Under the pieces are notes generated by a model. The model worked only from the letters and a program-made list of their open reading frames with translations, made no database searches and was not told where the DNA came from. Shown here piece after piece: positions 61,536-64,000 of a stretch of 64,000 bases of DNA. Every line of letters begins with the position of its first letter. Position 1 is the first letter of the stretch. The DNA comes from Eledone cirrhosa (taxonomy: Eukaryota). The DNA is taken from assembly GCA_964016885.1 (NCBI GenBank), contig OZ024743.1, positions 376,526,001 to 376,590,000 of the forward strand, read 5' to 3'. Both the position numbers and the translations under genes were made by a program.

Positions 61536-61622
61536 CTGTCCTCACTCTCAATTCGTGTTTTCATTTCCTCAGCCGAGAAATTTACAAATAAAAGAAACAT
61601 TTTAACGGAATTAGAAATTTAA

Positions 61623-61795
61623 CGGCAATGACGTCTATATAGTTCACGTGACTATTATAATGAAGGCAGTGAACTCTATGTAGGTCACGTGACTATTTAA
61701 TATGACGACGACAATGACCTCTATATAGGTCACGTGACTATTTGGTATGATGTAGGCAGTGACCCCTATAGCGCCCACGTGACTATTTAATATGA
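61623..61795. repeat. Four ~45-bp tandem units, each with CACGTGAC
   Basis: GGCA(A/G)TGAC..CTAT..AGGTCACGTGACTATT x4. Confidence 0.8.
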
Positions 61796-62139
61796 TTAAT
61801 GTGCAGTAATAGCAGCTAAACAGAGATTTAGATCAATTTAGAAAGTAAATGAACCCAGCTAAATGATATAAAATCAATATAAATTGATTAATGTGTCATC
61901 TTTGATCGATAAGGAATCCATCCATGAATGTCTATAATGGTTCGACAATCAATCAGCATCAGAAAGACGCAATGTATTAATGGTCTAAAGACACAACATA
62001 GAGCTTTGACCAGCGGTCATCTTATAGCGGACGTGCGAGTTGATTTGATTAATCTAGTTTTGACATGACCAATACCCTAATCATGCTGCTATTCACACAA
62101 GTCTATTTAAGTAAATGTTGTTATGTCTACTAACGTGTA

Positions 62140-62192
<53 letters not shown>

Positions 62193-62319
62193 ACACACAC
62201 ACACACCCCACAAACACACAAATACACGAATACTCACAAATACACGCAAACAAAGGCACAAACACAAACACACACACAGACACATACACACACAAATGCA
62301 AATGCACACACAAACACAA

Positions 62320-62406
<87 letters not shown>

Positions 62407-62563
62407 GTTATTATTAATGGTTCGCAATGTCTACTTCAGTTTCAGCTCTATAAACAGTATATGAATAGTTTCAATACATGGCTAGCGTACTTATTATGTA
62501 AATCTATAAATAAGTATATATATATATATACTTATTTATATATATACTTATTTATATATATAC

Positions 62564-62599
<36 letters not shown>

Positions 62600-62706
62600 T
62601 TATTTATAGATTTACATAATAAGTACGCTAGCCATGTATTGAAACTATTCATATACTGTTTATAGAGCTGAAACTGAAGTAGACATTGCGAACCATTAAT
62701 AATAAC
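62407..62706. repeat. Perfect palindrome (about 108-bp unique arms) around an AT-rich centre
   Basis: 62407-62514 is the reverse complement of 62599-62706. Confidence 0.85.
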
Positions 62707-62740
<34 letters not shown>

Positions 62741-62982
62741 AGAGAGAAAGAGAGAGAGGGGGGGGGGGGGGGGAGAAAGAGGGAAAGAGAGAGACAGAGA
62801 GAGTTCCGGGTTCAATAGGGGGTAACCATGGTACGCAAAGTACTCAATACATTATGTAGAGTGTAAACATCGTGATTAATATAGAAATGGCTTCTGCAGG
62901 ACTAGAACTGTTTCATTCAAAAGGAAAGCTTTCATGTGACGAGTTTGGTAGAAGTGTGTTCCACAACAGTTAAAGATATATA

Positions 62983-63043
<61 letters not shown>

Positions 63044-63375
63044 ATATATATACACATATATATGCATATATATATATATATCAAGTAAAAATAACGGAGC
63101 AATGGACTCGCGTATAATCCTGTAATTAAATGAGCTCAAAGGAAATAGTTTTCCTGGGCACATTAAAATACAATATATAGAGGGGGGGGGGGGGGAGACA
63201 CGGGAAAGTGTGTCTTTCATTACAGGAATTTCGAACCACCAGCGTGAGAAGAATATAAGCTACTAGAGGCTTGGTAAAACATTAAAATTAAAAGTATAAA
63301 TTGAAATGAAAAACCATCCTCACCTAAATCACACACGTACACACTCACCAGGAGCATGTTTCGCCATTTTAGTGG

Positions 63376-63652
63376 CACGTGGCCTAGTGGTAAGAGTGTT
63401 GGACTTACGATCATAATGTCGTCAGTTCGATTCCTGGGTTGCGTGTTGTGTTCTTGAGCAAAACACTTCATTTCACGTTGCTCCAGTATACTCAGCTGAA
63501 AATGAGTACCAGCAATAGCTGGAGGTTTAACCCTGCGATGGAGTGGCGTCCTGTCCAGAGGGGAGTCTTGTACTCTCAGTCGCTTCACGCCATGAAACCG
63601 GGACAAGCACTAGCCAAATGAGCCTTCTGGCTTACGACAGACTTTAGACTTT
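63376..63652 (+). mobile_element. tRNA-derived SINE (second family), young
   Basis: GTGGCCTAGTGGTAAGAGTGTTGG A-box, AGTTCGATTCC B-box, (AGACTTT) tail; matches 39811-40087. Confidence 0.85.
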
Positions 63653-63682
63653 TAGATATATATATACATATATATATATGTG

Positions 63683-63733
<51 letters not shown>

Positions 63734-63765
63734 ATATATATATGTACATATATATATACATATAT

Positions 63766-63861
<96 letters not shown>

Positions 63862-63869
63862 GTGGTTAC

Positions 63870-64000
63870 ACAACAGTTAGTTCACCATACCGAGAACAAT
63901 TGTTTCACCTTAGCGGATCCTCAGCTCGTAAGGGTTCATTACGAGCTGAGGATCCGCTAAGGTGAAACAATTGTTCTCGGTATGGTGAACTAACTGTTGT
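63870..64000. mobile_element. Perfect palindrome (7-bp spacer, runs off the window) with two outward-facing hammerheads
   Basis: Spacer 63932-63938. Plus-strand HHR 63942-63979: CGAG CTGAGGA TCC GCTAA GGT GAAA CAATTG TT CTCG. Confidence 0.75.

Noticed and set aside
61028-61622. Cys/Ser-rich repetitive ORFs
   Set aside because: Minisatellite translations in all frames.
63376-63450. tRNA gene
   Set aside because: It is a SINE head continuing into a repeated body; no proper acceptor stem.

Overview
AT-rich, microsatellite-saturated animal non-coding DNA. It is most likely from an octopus or other cephalopod, judged from recognition of the abundant tRNA-derived OK-type SINE (inference, not a database result). 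No host protein-coding exon is supportable; most track ORFs are (TA)n/(CA)n/(GA)n artefacts. Real coding remnants all come from non-LTR retrotransposons: a near-complete Tx1-like ORF2 (APE+RT+CCHC) and fragments of Tx1, Dong/R4, CRE, RTE and CR1-like LINEs. The window also holds about 20 SINE copies, MITE-like palindromes and several minisatellites. The most striking signal is a dense set of minimal type I hammerhead ribozyme (HHR) motifs (CUGANGA-stem II-GAAA-palindromic stem III-UH, usually followed by AATAAA) in short non-coding cassettes between microsatellites. Several are arranged as outward-facing palindromes, which fits non-autonomous Penelope-like-element (PLE) pLTR relics. One subfamily has sequence-diverse stem IIs that all keep a C-C mismatch at pair 4, and another has a U3-A8 core variant.
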